DNA of 55,400 nucleotides from Methanothrix sp. (GTDB lineage Archaea; Halobacteriota; Methanosarcinia; Methanotrichales; Methanotrichaceae): assembly GCA_035403205.1 (NCBI GenBank), contig DAONES010000001.1, positions 5,885 through 61,284 of the forward strand. The letters are read 5' to 3'. The notes under the pieces are model-generated. The model was not told the DNA's origin, ran no database searches, and saw nothing but the letters and a program-made list of their open reading frames with translations. This document shows positions 17,237-26,114 of this stretch, one piece after another (the stretch's first letter is position 1; every line of letters starts with the position of its first letter). The position numbers were made by a program, and so were the translations under genes.

Positions 17237-18868
17237 ATGGAGGAAACTATGGATGACCAAGGCATAATTGACCTGGGAGACTTGCGTGTTATGCCTTATA
17301 GAGCAAACCCTGAAAATTGTATAAATTCAATTCAAGATTTTATCGAATTGGATACTAAGATAAATAGAAGGCTATCGTATTATAAATTGCATTCGTTTTT
17401 AATAAAAATTCATGATATTATATTAGAACATCAAGAATCATATAAACTGTTCCCATTTACAGCTATTGCAGGAATAATGTCAAAATATGTAATCTTGAAC
17501 TCAGATATTGCTGGAGGTTGGAGTCCAATATTTGATGAAGATTTTTTATACTTTCTCAATATGATATTTAGTTGTTCCTTATACGACCCCGAATTCGAGG
17601 GGCGATCACAACATACTAATGATGATTTTGCATCTCTTCTTCTTAGAAAAATTGGCAGCCAGGTCAGATGGAATATACAACTTCATAATTTGTGGGGCAG
17701 GACATTTTATATTTATGGAGAACTAATTAAAAAACGTGATACACCAGATCTTATTAGAGATATTGTAACCTCTAAATTTGAAGAGAAATTTGGCATATCC
17801 CTATTCGACTTTATTAAATTAGGTTTTATGGTGTTTTGTGGATCTCAACAACCTGGACCTATGAATCGCGAGTACTTTGATGTAGCACGCAGACAAAAGT
17901 TGCCAATACCTGGGGATGATACTATTATGACTTTTTTAGACCTCATTTCTGTTAATTCTCTGACATTTAGGAAAATATGTGTTGACTATGTATCTGTCAA
18001 TAATTATCTAAAAACATACAAATTTAATCCTCTATTTGATTACCCATTAATCCGTTTGAATTATGGTGATGCTAAAAGATTGGCTAGATATGATGAATTT
18101 ATTGCCCCCGTCCCTCAGCTGTTGGCCTATAGATTTACTACGGGCTTATACTATCAGCTCTTTAACGCATTTGGGAAAAATAAATTTTCGGATTCATTCG
18201 GCTTACTTTTTGAACATTATGTAAATGATTTGCTGCAGTGGTATAATCTCCCTGGCAAAGTTATATCTGAGAACGAAATTCGTCCTAATCTTCGACCACC
18301 CAAAGGTCAGCATATCAAAATTCCTGATTGGGTTATCTTTTGCGAGGAAGGAGTTATCTTGCTGGAGTGCAAGGCCACTAAATATTCTCAAGAAATTTAC
18401 GAACAGGGTTTAAATGCCTCAGAAAGTGCAAAGGGTTGCATACGTCAATTAAACAAAGGCATTAATCAATTGACAAGTTTTGAGCAATATATTCCCAAGA
18501 TCATGAAAGCATATCATATCAGCGGTAAGAGATTGCCAATTAAAAAGGTCATAGTAACCTTTGAACCGTTAGGCGCTTTAAATAAAGGACCTTTAAGAAA
18601 ATGGATGAATATCGAGCAAAGTGATGAAAAAGACTGCAAGGTTATATGGATCTGTTATCTTGAGGAAATTCAACCCTATATCACCAAAGGTTCCAGTCTC
18701 TGGTCATTTCTAGTTGATTTTGAAAAATTAGAATTAGGCGAATTTGATGAGATTATAAAAAAGATGCAATCAGAGACAGGTGCCTGTTATTCTGATTCGG
18801 TCTTATGCAAGTATGAGGACGAGTTTCGTAATGAATTGTCCAAAGATGCGACGCATCACCCGAAATAA
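17237..18868 (+). CDS. Uncharacterised AT-rich protein with C-terminal PD-(D/E)xK nuclease-like domain
   Basis: GLLFEHYV...IPDWVIF....ILLECKA...KGINQL motif series. Confidence 0.7.
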   Translation: MEETMDDQGIIDLGDLRVMPYRANPENCINSIQDFIELDTKINRRLSYYKLHSFLIKIHDIILEHQESYKLFPFTAIAGIMSKYVILNSDIAGGWSPIFDEDFLYFLNMIFSCSLYDPEFEGRSQHTNDDFASLLLRKIGSQVRWNIQLHNLWGRTFYIYGELIKKRDTPDLIRDIVTSKFEEKFGISLFDFIKLGFMVFCGSQQPGPMNREYFDVARRQKLPIPGDDTIMTFLDLISVNSLTFRKICVDYVSVNNYLKTYKFNPLFDYPLIRLNYGDAKRLARYDEFIAPVPQLLAYRFTTGLYYQLFNAFGKNKFSDSFGLLFEHYVNDLLQWYNLPGKVISENEIRPNLRPPKGQHIKIPDWVIFCEEGVILLECKATKYSQEIYEQGLNASESAKGCIRQLNKGINQLTSFEQYIPKIMKAYHISGKRLPIKKVIVTFEPLGALNKGPLRKWMNIEQSDEKDCKVIWICYLEEIQPYITKGSSLWSFLVDFEKLELGEFDEIIKKMQSETGACYSDSVLCKYEDEFRNELSKDATHHPK

Positions 18869-19199
18869 ACCTGTTAAGATACAGTTCATTCATGTCTTTT
18901 TAATATCTCGTGATTCACAACTACTCTCATGAAGTCCTAATTTCGATAAATGTACATTTTAATTTTCACCAAGTCCTGGACCTTTTTCCTCCACAAACCC
19001 AGTCACCGGCTCACCTCGGCCACTATCACGAACCGCCGCGCTGTGCCTGCTCTCCTCTGCACGCGCTCGCCCACTCACAGCTCTGCGGCCACCGATTACG
19101 CATTTGGTTCGTTGGGGGATCCACTTGACTTCAGTCGGAAGATTGAATAAAGATAAAATCCTTTGCCTAATATTATTACGCCGGGATGGTAGTATGTGC

Positions 19200-19366
19200 A
19201 TGTCTAAAACTAAAGTCGCCCGGAGGGCTTCAGGATGCGAAACCGAATCGTTTTCCCCAAAAACATCTCGCGGGCGTCGCCTCTTGGCCTTGCGACAAAA
19301 AATAATTGCGGCGGGCATACCGCTCCAAAGCCCCCGGAAGAGATCGATGAGGAGTTAAGGTCCTAA
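19200..19366 (+). pseudogene. Probable frameshifted antitoxin-like small protein
   Basis: PKTSRGRRLLALRQKIIAAGIPLQS; removing one C from the C5 run at 19331-19335 gives PEEIDEELRS*, stopping 4 nt before the MNT ATG. Confidence 0.45.
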
Positions 19367-19370
19367 AGAT

Positions 19371-19667
19371 ATGCCCCTGAAAATTGAGGAATTACTGAAA
19401 GCCAAGCGCCAGGAGATCCTGGCCATAGCCGCCAGGCACGGTGCCCATAACCTTCGAGTCTTCGGCTCCGTTGCCCGAGGAGAGGCTGGGCCGGAAAGCG
19501 ATCTGGACATTCTGGTAGAGATGGAACTGGGAAAGAGCCTATTGGATCACGTAGCCCTTATGCAGGACCTCGAAGACCTCCTGCAGCGAAAGGTGGATGT
19601 GGTCAGCGAAAGAGCTCTGCACTGGTACATCAGAGACCGAGTGCTTGCCGAGGCTATTTCTCTCTGA
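19371..19667 (+). CDS. Minimal nucleotidyltransferase (MNT antitoxin family)
   Basis: VFGSVARGEA..SDLDILV, LEDLLQRKVDVV. Confidence 0.92.
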   Translation: MPLKIEELLKAKRQEILAIAARHGAHNLRVFGSVARGEAGPESDLDILVEMELGKSLLDHVALMQDLEDLLQRKVDVVSERALHWYIRDRVLAEAISL

Positions 19668-19681
19668 AACCTGCAAAATCA

Positions 19682-19987
19682 TTAACCTCTTCTCAGTATC
19701 CGCATGCTATTGGCCAGTCGATCCTTCTTCGCTGCCAAAAGTTCCTCCGTGCTAAAAGGACACTTAACAAGATCAATGAAATCTCTGGTGTTGAGGCCAA
19801 GCTCTTTTGCCATAGCGTTTAGAAGTGGTGAGCCAATATCCTGATTCTTACCGTGACTCAGAAATGTCGCAGCTTCTTTCTTTCCATCTACATAAAGGGT
19901 AAAATATCTGTGATCTGTTTGGCTGCGACGAAAGCCTTTCTTAATAAGTCCCGCCTCGATCTCATCCTGGCTTAGAGATGTCGCCAT
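19682..19987 (-). CDS. HicA-like toxin
   Basis: LIKKGF....DHRYF.L...G.....T.LSHG...DIG..LL..MAKELGL. Confidence 0.65.
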   Translation of the reverse strand: MATSLSQDEIEAGLIKKGFRRSQTDHRYFTLYVDGKKEAATFLSHGKNQDIGSPLLNAMAKELGLNTRDFIDLVKCPFSTEELLAAKKDRLANSMRILRRG

Positions 19988-20298
19988 CAGCTCACCGAAA
20001 ACAACTCCAAGAGCAGTTCTCTCTGCATCTTGCCAGTCTCTCCCAGCTCATCCTCCGGACAGAGGACGTACTCATTCCAGAGGAAATCGATATATTCAAA
20101 TAGCTTCAGCCGGGCTTCCAGGAAATCCTGTGAGCATCCTATGGCATCGATAGGTGTCAGACTGACTGACCAGAAGCCGTCATCGTAATCCACTTGAAGG
20201 TTTATTACTCTGAGTGGAACGAATTTCCTGGCTCCCACCTCGAAATCTCGCAAAGGATGCCTTTCCAGGAATTCTATCGTAACTGGTTCAGCTGCCAT
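19987..20298 (-). CDS. HicB-like/antitoxin hypothetical protein
   Basis: Acidic 103-aa protein with a beta-hairpin/helix pattern (V.YDDGFW.V....DAIG...FLEA...LFEYI.FLW.EY); stop overlaps the toxin ATG. Confidence 0.5.
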   Translation of the reverse strand: MAAEPVTIEFLERHPLRDFEVGARKFVPLRVINLQVDYDDGFWSVSLTPIDAIGCSQDFLEARLKLFEYIDFLWNEYVLCPEDELGETGKMQRELLLELFSVS

Positions 20299-20375
20299 TA
20301 TCTCTAAATACCCTCGCCCAATATTTCAGTTTTCCGCAATGGATGGGAAAAGGATAGCTGAACTTCGCTTTCCCT

Positions 20376-21071
20376 TCATCGCGTTCTCCCTATCCTCTCC
20401 ACCCCGCCCGCTCTCGCCAGAAAAAGCTCGTCAAGGTTATCGAATATGCCGTGCTCGACCACTCCGGGAATGGGGTCCATCCTTGCCGCCAAGGCCGCCG
20501 GGTCCTCGATCACCCCAAAGTCCACATCTATCACGAAGTTGCCGTTGTCCGTGATCACCGGCCCGTCCTTCCTCACGCCCTGTCGCAGCACCGGCTTTCC
20601 GCCCAGCTCCGCAAGCCTTCGCTCCACCAGCCGCAAGGCAAAGGGCAGCACCTCCACCGGCACCGGCCAGGTGAGCTTTTTCACATACTTGCTCTCATCG
20701 GCTACTATTACGAAGCGCTTTGCTGAGCAGGAGACCACCTTCTCCCGAGTGTGTGCCGCTCCCCCACCCTTGATGACGAACAGGTCCCCGTCCACCTGGT
20801 CCGCTCCGTCGATGGCCAGATCGAGAATAGGATGCTGATTCAGCGCCGTAAGATTGATCCCGGAATCGATGGCTAAATTCTCGGCCTGAAAGGAGGTGGC
20901 AATTCCCAAGAAATCCAGCCCCTCCTCTTTCACTCTTTCGCCCAGCCGCTTGATGGTCCAGGCTACGGTGGAGCCCGTGCCCAGGCCCACGACCATGCCG
21001 CTCTTCACCAGCTCCGCAGCCGCAACGCCTGCGGCCTTCTTGGCATCAGTATTGGCAGAAGTGTCTTTCAT
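20376..21071 (-). CDS. rpiA: Ribose-5-phosphate isomerase A
   Basis: [41 protein letters not shown]. Confidence 0.97.
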   Translation of the reverse strand: MKDTSANTDAKKAAGVAAAELVKSGMVVGLGTGSTVAWTIKRLGERVKEEGLDFLGIATSFQAENLAIDSGINLTALNQHPILDLAIDGADQVDGDLFVIKGGGAAHTREKVVSCSAKRFVIVADESKYVKKLTWPVPVEVLPFALRLVERRLAELGGKPVLRQGVRKDGPVITDNGNFVIDVDFGVIEDPAALAARMDPIPGVVEHGIFDNLDELFLARAGGVERIGRTR

Positions 21072-21091
21072 CGTCGCCGCCCCTCCAGTCT

Positions 21092-22705
21092 TCAGCTAAC
21101 AATCTCGCTTCTCACCGTGGTGAAGACCGGCCCGCGCAGGTCCATCTTGTGCTTGTAGCTGGTGATGTATCTCTCCAGGGCAGGATGGATATTGATGTTG
21201 ATATCTCCCGGGCTTCTCACTATCCTGGCGCGCGTCTCCGATCCCTTGCCGGCCATGGTTGCCACCTCGATATCGTAAGCGGCAAGAGCGGCAAAGGCAT
21301 CGATGTACTTGATTCCCGTGGTCACGCCTTCGTTAAACGCCTCCTCCCAGCGGGAGGTATGGGGAATGCCCATGATGTTCTGCTTGTAAACCACGATCTC
21401 GTTTTGGGCAGCCGGGCCGCACAGCTTGGTGTTCTCCTCGGGCTCGACGACAGATACCTTAACCTTCCGCCCGAAGAGCTCGCCCTCCCAGGCAACAAAC
21501 TCACAGGGCGACGCAGTCTCGCCGTGCTCAGTGGAGATAGCGACAACCGCCTCGGCTATGGCCTGGCCGGCAGGCGAGCTGGGCAGCTTCTCGACGGAGA
21601 TCATCTGCGCCATCTCCCGCGCCGTCAGAGTCCAGCCGGTCTGGAATTGAGGATAGGAGAGGGCCCGCATATCCTGAGAGTTGTGCAGAATCATGGCCAG
21701 CCGCTCCACACCCAGCCCCAGGTTCATCACCGGATAGGGAATGTCGTATTGGGAGAGTGCCGTCGGCGAGTAGATGCCGAAGGTGGCCACCTCAACCCAT
21801 CCGCTGGTGTACTTCGTTGCCGATCCGACCAGACCTGGATGGTAGGCGTAGACCTCGATCTGCGTTCCCGGGGTGTAATACTTGCTCCTCTTGTCGTCCG
21901 GCCGGAACTGAAACTTCTCAAAGCCAAACTGGCTGAGCAGGCCGTCTGCAACGGCTTTTCCATCCTCGACGCTCACCTCTTCGCCCATGATCACGCAGCT
22001 TGCCGAATAGTAGCTCATCAGCCTCGCCGCATCCTCTGCCTGCTCCCGCCGGAAGCAGCGGTCCACAGAGAAGAGCCTGAGGGGCAGCTTAGAGCGATGA
22101 TGAAGATTGGAGAGCGACAGGAACCAGCCGGAGGTCATATGGCTTCTCAGGGTGCGTGACGTGGCCTCGGCCTTCAGCTCCCGGAACTCAGGAAAGACCT
22201 TTTCCAGGATCACGGAGACAAGGGCATCATGCGCTCCCAGAGCAGCAGCGATCTCAGAGACCAGGTCGTCGCCCTCCACCTTGCCCTTCTTGTACCCATG
22301 CAGGATCTGTCGCAGGGCCTCTGCCTCCTCTCCCGAGATTTCCCTGCCCAGGAGGGCGTTAACCTGAGCGATCCTCTCATCAGACATGCCGATATCGGGC
22401 CGCGGCAGGCCTGCTAGGTAGAAGCAGCGATCCAGCACAGCCAGAGCCTCAGAGCCGAACTGGCGGTAAACATCGGATGCATCGACCATCACCGGGTTCA
22501 TGGCCTCGGTGAAGCCTAGGCGAATGTAAGCCTCTCGAAGCTTCTGAACGGTATCGAAAATGGGGTGTACTGTTCCAAAAGAATAGCTATTTCTGGGATA
22601 TCTCTCGTTCAGGGATGGCTTGCCGAGATACTCCCTGCCCTGCTGCCAGGCCTTATCGAAATCCTCTTTGGCAGCCTCTTTAATGATGCTGGGATCAAAC
22701 TTCAT
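21092..22705 (-). CDS. sepS: O-phosphoserine--tRNA(Cys) ligase
   Basis: [63 protein letters not shown]. Confidence 0.97.
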   Translation of the reverse strand: MKFDPSIIKEAAKEDFDKAWQQGREYLGKPSLNERYPRNSYSFGTVHPIFDTVQKLREAYIRLGFTEAMNPVMVDASDVYRQFGSEALAVLDRCFYLAGLPRPDIGMSDERIAQVNALLGREISGEEAEALRQILHGYKKGKVEGDDLVSEIAAALGAHDALVSVILEKVFPEFRELKAEATSRTLRSHMTSGWFLSLSNLHHRSKLPLRLFSVDRCFRREQAEDAARLMSYYSASCVIMGEEVSVEDGKAVADGLLSQFGFEKFQFRPDDKRSKYYTPGTQIEVYAYHPGLVGSATKYTSGWVEVATFGIYSPTALSQYDIPYPVMNLGLGVERLAMILHNSQDMRALSYPQFQTGWTLTAREMAQMISVEKLPSSPAGQAIAEAVVAISTEHGETASPCEFVAWEGELFGRKVKVSVVEPEENTKLCGPAAQNEIVVYKQNIMGIPHTSRWEEAFNEGVTTGIKYIDAFAALAAYDIEVATMAGKGSETRARIVRSPGDININIHPALERYITSYKHKMDLRGPVFTTVRSEIVS

Positions 22706-22865
22706 GCTTTCTAGCTCCAGGAAATCAGTCTTTTAAGATGATGTGCGACCAAATGTGCGATTCTATTTGGGGTTCTATTTGCGATTATATTTTCGGTTTT
22801 ATTAGCGATTTTATATGCAATTTTGTGCGCCATTTTTCGGGTGATTTATGCGTGATTATGCATAT

Positions 22866-23516
22866 TTAGTACTTGCTTTCTTCAGGATGCTCATGGGAGC
22901 CGCTGAGCGCTTTCTGCATCTTGGCCAGCTCCAGGGCATTCGTGAGGTCTCCGCGCGTCCTTTCCAGCATGCTCCTCGCGAGGTCGCTCTTGCGGCGCAG
23001 TCCGCGGGTTATTGCATCCGGGTAGTCGAAGAGCATGAGCAGGTAATAAATCTCCTCGATCACTCCCAGGAAATATTCCCCTTCCTCAGCTCTTCCGGCG
23101 CGAATGAGATCCAGAATGTAGCGACGCAGCTCTCCTGTTACGTCTCCGAGACCTGCCAGATAGTTTACGCTGTCAACTCCAACCTCATCCGGGGTCAGGA
23201 TCTGGCGGCGTGTGGTTATGGAGTAGACACACCTGGCCTCCGCGTACTCCTGCTCTGCCCCATCCACAAATCCGGCGTAGCGCACATCCTGGTGATCCTT
23301 CAGCACCATCCGAATTCGTTCGAGATCAGTGGCCGCTTCGCTCAGGATCTTTTCCGCCTGGGCCAGATCATTCCTGTGCACCGACCGGATGGAGGAAGAG
23401 CAGAGGCGAACGACCTTGCGAGAGAGACGATAGGCCTCTTCACGGGCGCGGTCTTTGCAGTCAAAACCCTCCAGCATGCTCTTGGATAGATTATCGAAGA
23501 TCGTCATGGTCGTCAC
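22866..23516 (-). CDS. Translin-family protein
   Basis: DRAREEA..LSR, QEYAEA, YLAGLGDVTGELRR, LRRKSD.AR. Confidence 0.85.
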   Translation of the reverse strand: MTTMTIFDNLSKSMLEGFDCKDRAREEAYRLSRKVVRLCSSSIRSVHRNDLAQAEKILSEAATDLERIRMVLKDHQDVRYAGFVDGAEQEYAEARCVYSITTRRQILTPDEVGVDSVNYLAGLGDVTGELRRYILDLIRAGRAEEGEYFLGVIEEIYYLLMLFDYPDAITRGLRRKSDLARSMLERTRGDLTNALELAKMQKALSGSHEHPEESKY

Positions 23517-23526
23517 TATTGGGTCA

Positions 23527-24297
23527 CTATTGGAGGTTCATCATCTTCTTCAGGCGGTTAACCGATCTCTGCCCCTCTTCCAGGGAGCGAGACTCGGTGA
23601 CAATGCGGCCCTTATATCCATTGAAGGCGCCGATGACCTTCTTCCAGGGCACAGTGCCGTTTCCCACCGGCAGGTGTTCGTCCCTTTCTCCGTGATTATC
23701 ATGAACATGAGTATGAATCATCCTGTCAGTAAGCTTCAGGAAGCTCTCCACATTTCCGTTGGTATTGGCGTGTCCCACATCAAAGATGAAGCCAACGTTG
23801 TCCCGGTCCACGGTCTCTATTATCCCCATGATCTCCTCAGGACGGCGCCCTAGTATGGCAGGCATGTTCACCATGTTCTCCACGGCAATTTTCATGTCAA
23901 GGTTGCTGGCATGATCGCAGACCTGCTGGATTCCCAGGATGCTCTGCGACCAGGCGGAATCAGGCAATTGCATTCCGAGCGGCGAAAAGTGGCCGGGATG
24001 AAGCACCGCCAGGCGGGCAAAATCGCTGGAAAGGTCCAGGCACTCTTTCATCTGCCGCACCGTCTCCTCCCAGATGGGCTGGTTCACGGACGCGAGATTC
24101 AGGTCTGAGTAAGGCAGATGAATGGTGATAAAAAGGTCTGTGGTCTCTACGATCTGTTTTGCCTCGGCCAGGTTCTCCCGGGTCAACTTCTGCTTGCCCT
24201 CGTTTACGATCTCCCAGCCGCTGTATCCCAGATCTTTGAGCTGGTAGGCCCAGTCAAAGGGCCTGTCAACCAGTTTGCTGGAGGAAAAGCTAAACAT
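23527..24297 (-). CDS. Sugar phosphate isomerase/epimerase (xylose isomerase-like TIM barrel)
   Basis: HLPYSDLNLAS, HPG, VENM, FDVGHA, HVHDN.G..DEHLPVG.G. Confidence 0.85.
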   Translation of the reverse strand: MFSFSSSKLVDRPFDWAYQLKDLGYSGWEIVNEGKQKLTRENLAEAKQIVETTDLFITIHLPYSDLNLASVNQPIWEETVRQMKECLDLSSDFARLAVLHPGHFSPLGMQLPDSAWSQSILGIQQVCDHASNLDMKIAVENMVNMPAILGRRPEEIMGIIETVDRDNVGFIFDVGHANTNGNVESFLKLTDRMIHTHVHDNHGERDEHLPVGNGTVPWKKVIGAFNGYKGRIVTESRSLEEGQRSVNRLKKMMNLQ

Positions 24298-24733
24298 CTT
24301 CTCCTCCCTGATTGGTTTTTTGGATCTCGTTCAGTTCAATTATTTTGATTGGCATGCCGTTTTCGGTCTCAGGAGCAAGCCAGTCGATAACGGCATTGCC
24401 ACCGGAAATTTGCACATGCAGCGATCCCAGAGCCTCCTCTTCCGGAGGAAAGCTCACAACGCCCATGTGCGCCGCCTGCTTGCTGATCTGAAATGTTGTG
24501 GCACTTCCCACCATTCCCCTCAGCAATATCTTTCTCGCTGTGTCCAGAATCCTCTGTTCCCTCAGGAGTTTATGGAGGGTCTTCAGGCTCTCCAGGCCGT
24601 TGTAGGCCTCGATCCTATCGGCCCGAATGTCCATGATCAGGCCAGGAAAAATGTTTTCAATGGCTGATACGACCTTCTCTACCCGCTCTGTAGGTCGAAC
24701 CGCTGAGCTAATGGCAACTTCGATCGTTCTCAT
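24290..24733 (-). CDS. UPF0201/DUF54 putative RNA-binding protein
   Basis: V.PTE..EKV..AI.NIFP, LREQRILDTAR, KQAA..G.VSF, IDWLAP.T. Confidence 0.85.
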   Translation of the reverse strand: MRTIEVAISSAVRPTERVEKVVSAIENIFPGLIMDIRADRIEAYNGLESLKTLHKLLREQRILDTARKILLRGMVGSATTFQISKQAAHMGVVSFPPEEEALGSLHVQISGGNAVIDWLAPETENGMPIKIIELNEIQKTNQGGEDV

Positions 24734-24738
24734 CGCTC

Positions 24739-25980
24739 CTAGATGTGGCTGGTCTTGTATCTGAGGATGGCAGCGATGCCTCCAAAGGCCTTGTAGAGCT
24801 GTTCACCCTCTTCAAACTCCGTGGAGATTATCTTGACTTCCGTCTTGCTCAGGTCAGCCAGCTTTGACAATTCGGAGACTATATCCACTTCTTCGGTTAT
24901 GGTGAGAGCTGCCCCGCACTTTAGGCAGCTACCAACCGGAGCTGTTGAAGCGGTGCGGGTCTGATACTCTGAAAAGTCGCAGCTTCTGCTGGTGCACTCG
25001 ATCTTGGCTCGCGTCTTTCTCAGGTCTTCGGACAGGAGAAGGACCTCCACAGCGCCCAGCTCCAGGTTATGGCGAACCTCATTTTCGCCATAAGCTGCGA
25101 GACCCTTGTCTGATACCAGCTCCTTCATGAAGCGGCGCATCAGCACTTTGTCCTGCATCACCTCCAGATCGGAGAGCTGCTCCTGAGCGGAGTCCACCAG
25201 CTCAAACAATCCCGATTCATCGGTATAGGACACATCCAGGGTGCCGATGACCTTCCTTTGCAGCTCATGATGGAGAAATCCGCCCTCGACAAACTCCTCT
25301 TTGGTAGGAGAGGGCCCGCCGATCAGTATGCCCTGCAGGTCCTTGGGATCGATGGCCAGGAATGCTTCGTTGGCCGATTCGCCCACCCTTTTGTAGAACT
25401 CGTGTATGGCGATGAGACGCAGTTGCTGGAATCTATGGCTGGACTGGCCGCCTTTTCTCTGTTTGCCGGGCACGGTGGATGTCAGGTGTTTTACGGCTTC
25501 GGTGTACTTGCCCTTCAAAATGCCGATGGTCGCCTCCCGCCGGTCGAGCACGATGAGGCCGAATGTCTTCTTGTCGGCCAGCATCTCTTCCAGAGGTTCC
25601 AGGAGAAACGATGAATCGCAGTGGTACCGGTAAGTGACTATGGGATCGGGCGGCTCCATGGCTGCGCTGTACATCTCAGTCTTATTGGCCCCCGCATCCA
25701 CGCTGCCGATGAATATGACCACGCCATTGGGTGGCGCCTTGGGGATGAGCTTGAGGCGGGCCATGGCCGACTCAAGTGAACCCTGCACGGAAAGTCTGGT
25801 GACACGAGATTTTATGTTGGCTGCTTGCCCGTACTCCTCACGCAGCTGGCTTGTGACATCATGGATCTGCTTATCTGGGGGGATATAGAGAGAAATCAGT
25901 TCCGTCCCTCGCCCCGTCTTGCTTCTCAGGTTATCGAGAAGACGCTTGAACTCATATTTTTCCTGTGCAGTGAACTCCAT
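24739..25980 (-). CDS. prf1: Peptide chain release factor aRF1
   Basis: GTELISLYIP, NIKS, YHCDS, KGGQS, AFGGIAAILRY. Confidence 0.97.
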   Translation of the reverse strand: MEFTAQEKYEFKRLLDNLRSKTGRGTELISLYIPPDKQIHDVTSQLREEYGQAANIKSRVTRLSVQGSLESAMARLKLIPKAPPNGVVIFIGSVDAGANKTEMYSAAMEPPDPIVTYRYHCDSSFLLEPLEEMLADKKTFGLIVLDRREATIGILKGKYTEAVKHLTSTVPGKQRKGGQSSHRFQQLRLIAIHEFYKRVGESANEAFLAIDPKDLQGILIGGPSPTKEEFVEGGFLHHELQRKVIGTLDVSYTDESGLFELVDSAQEQLSDLEVMQDKVLMRRFMKELVSDKGLAAYGENEVRHNLELGAVEVLLLSEDLRKTRAKIECTSRSCDFSEYQTRTASTAPVGSCLKCGAALTITEEVDIVSELSKLADLSKTEVKIISTEFEEGEQLYKAFGGIAAILRYKTSHI

Positions 25981-26114
25981 CGGGAATCTCCCAAAAACAC
26001 TTACGGCCAAGATATAAAAGGCTTCTTCAAGGCTAGAATTATAACTGATCTATAGTAACAACAAAATTCGATGCATTCAAAAACTATATAAAGATATAAG
26101 TTATCTTATAACTC

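Noticed and set aside
18980-19100. GC-rich patch whose minus strand reads ..IVAEV.R.., reminiscent of an HsdS helix
   Set aside because: Too short and too frameshifted to support without alignment
21149-22159. 336-aa plus-strand ORF
   Set aside because: Antisense shadow of sepS
22735-22862. Loosely periodic T-rich GCGATT-like units between sepS and the translin gene
   Set aside because: Degenerate low-complexity sequence with no definable unit; likely terminator/promoter spacer
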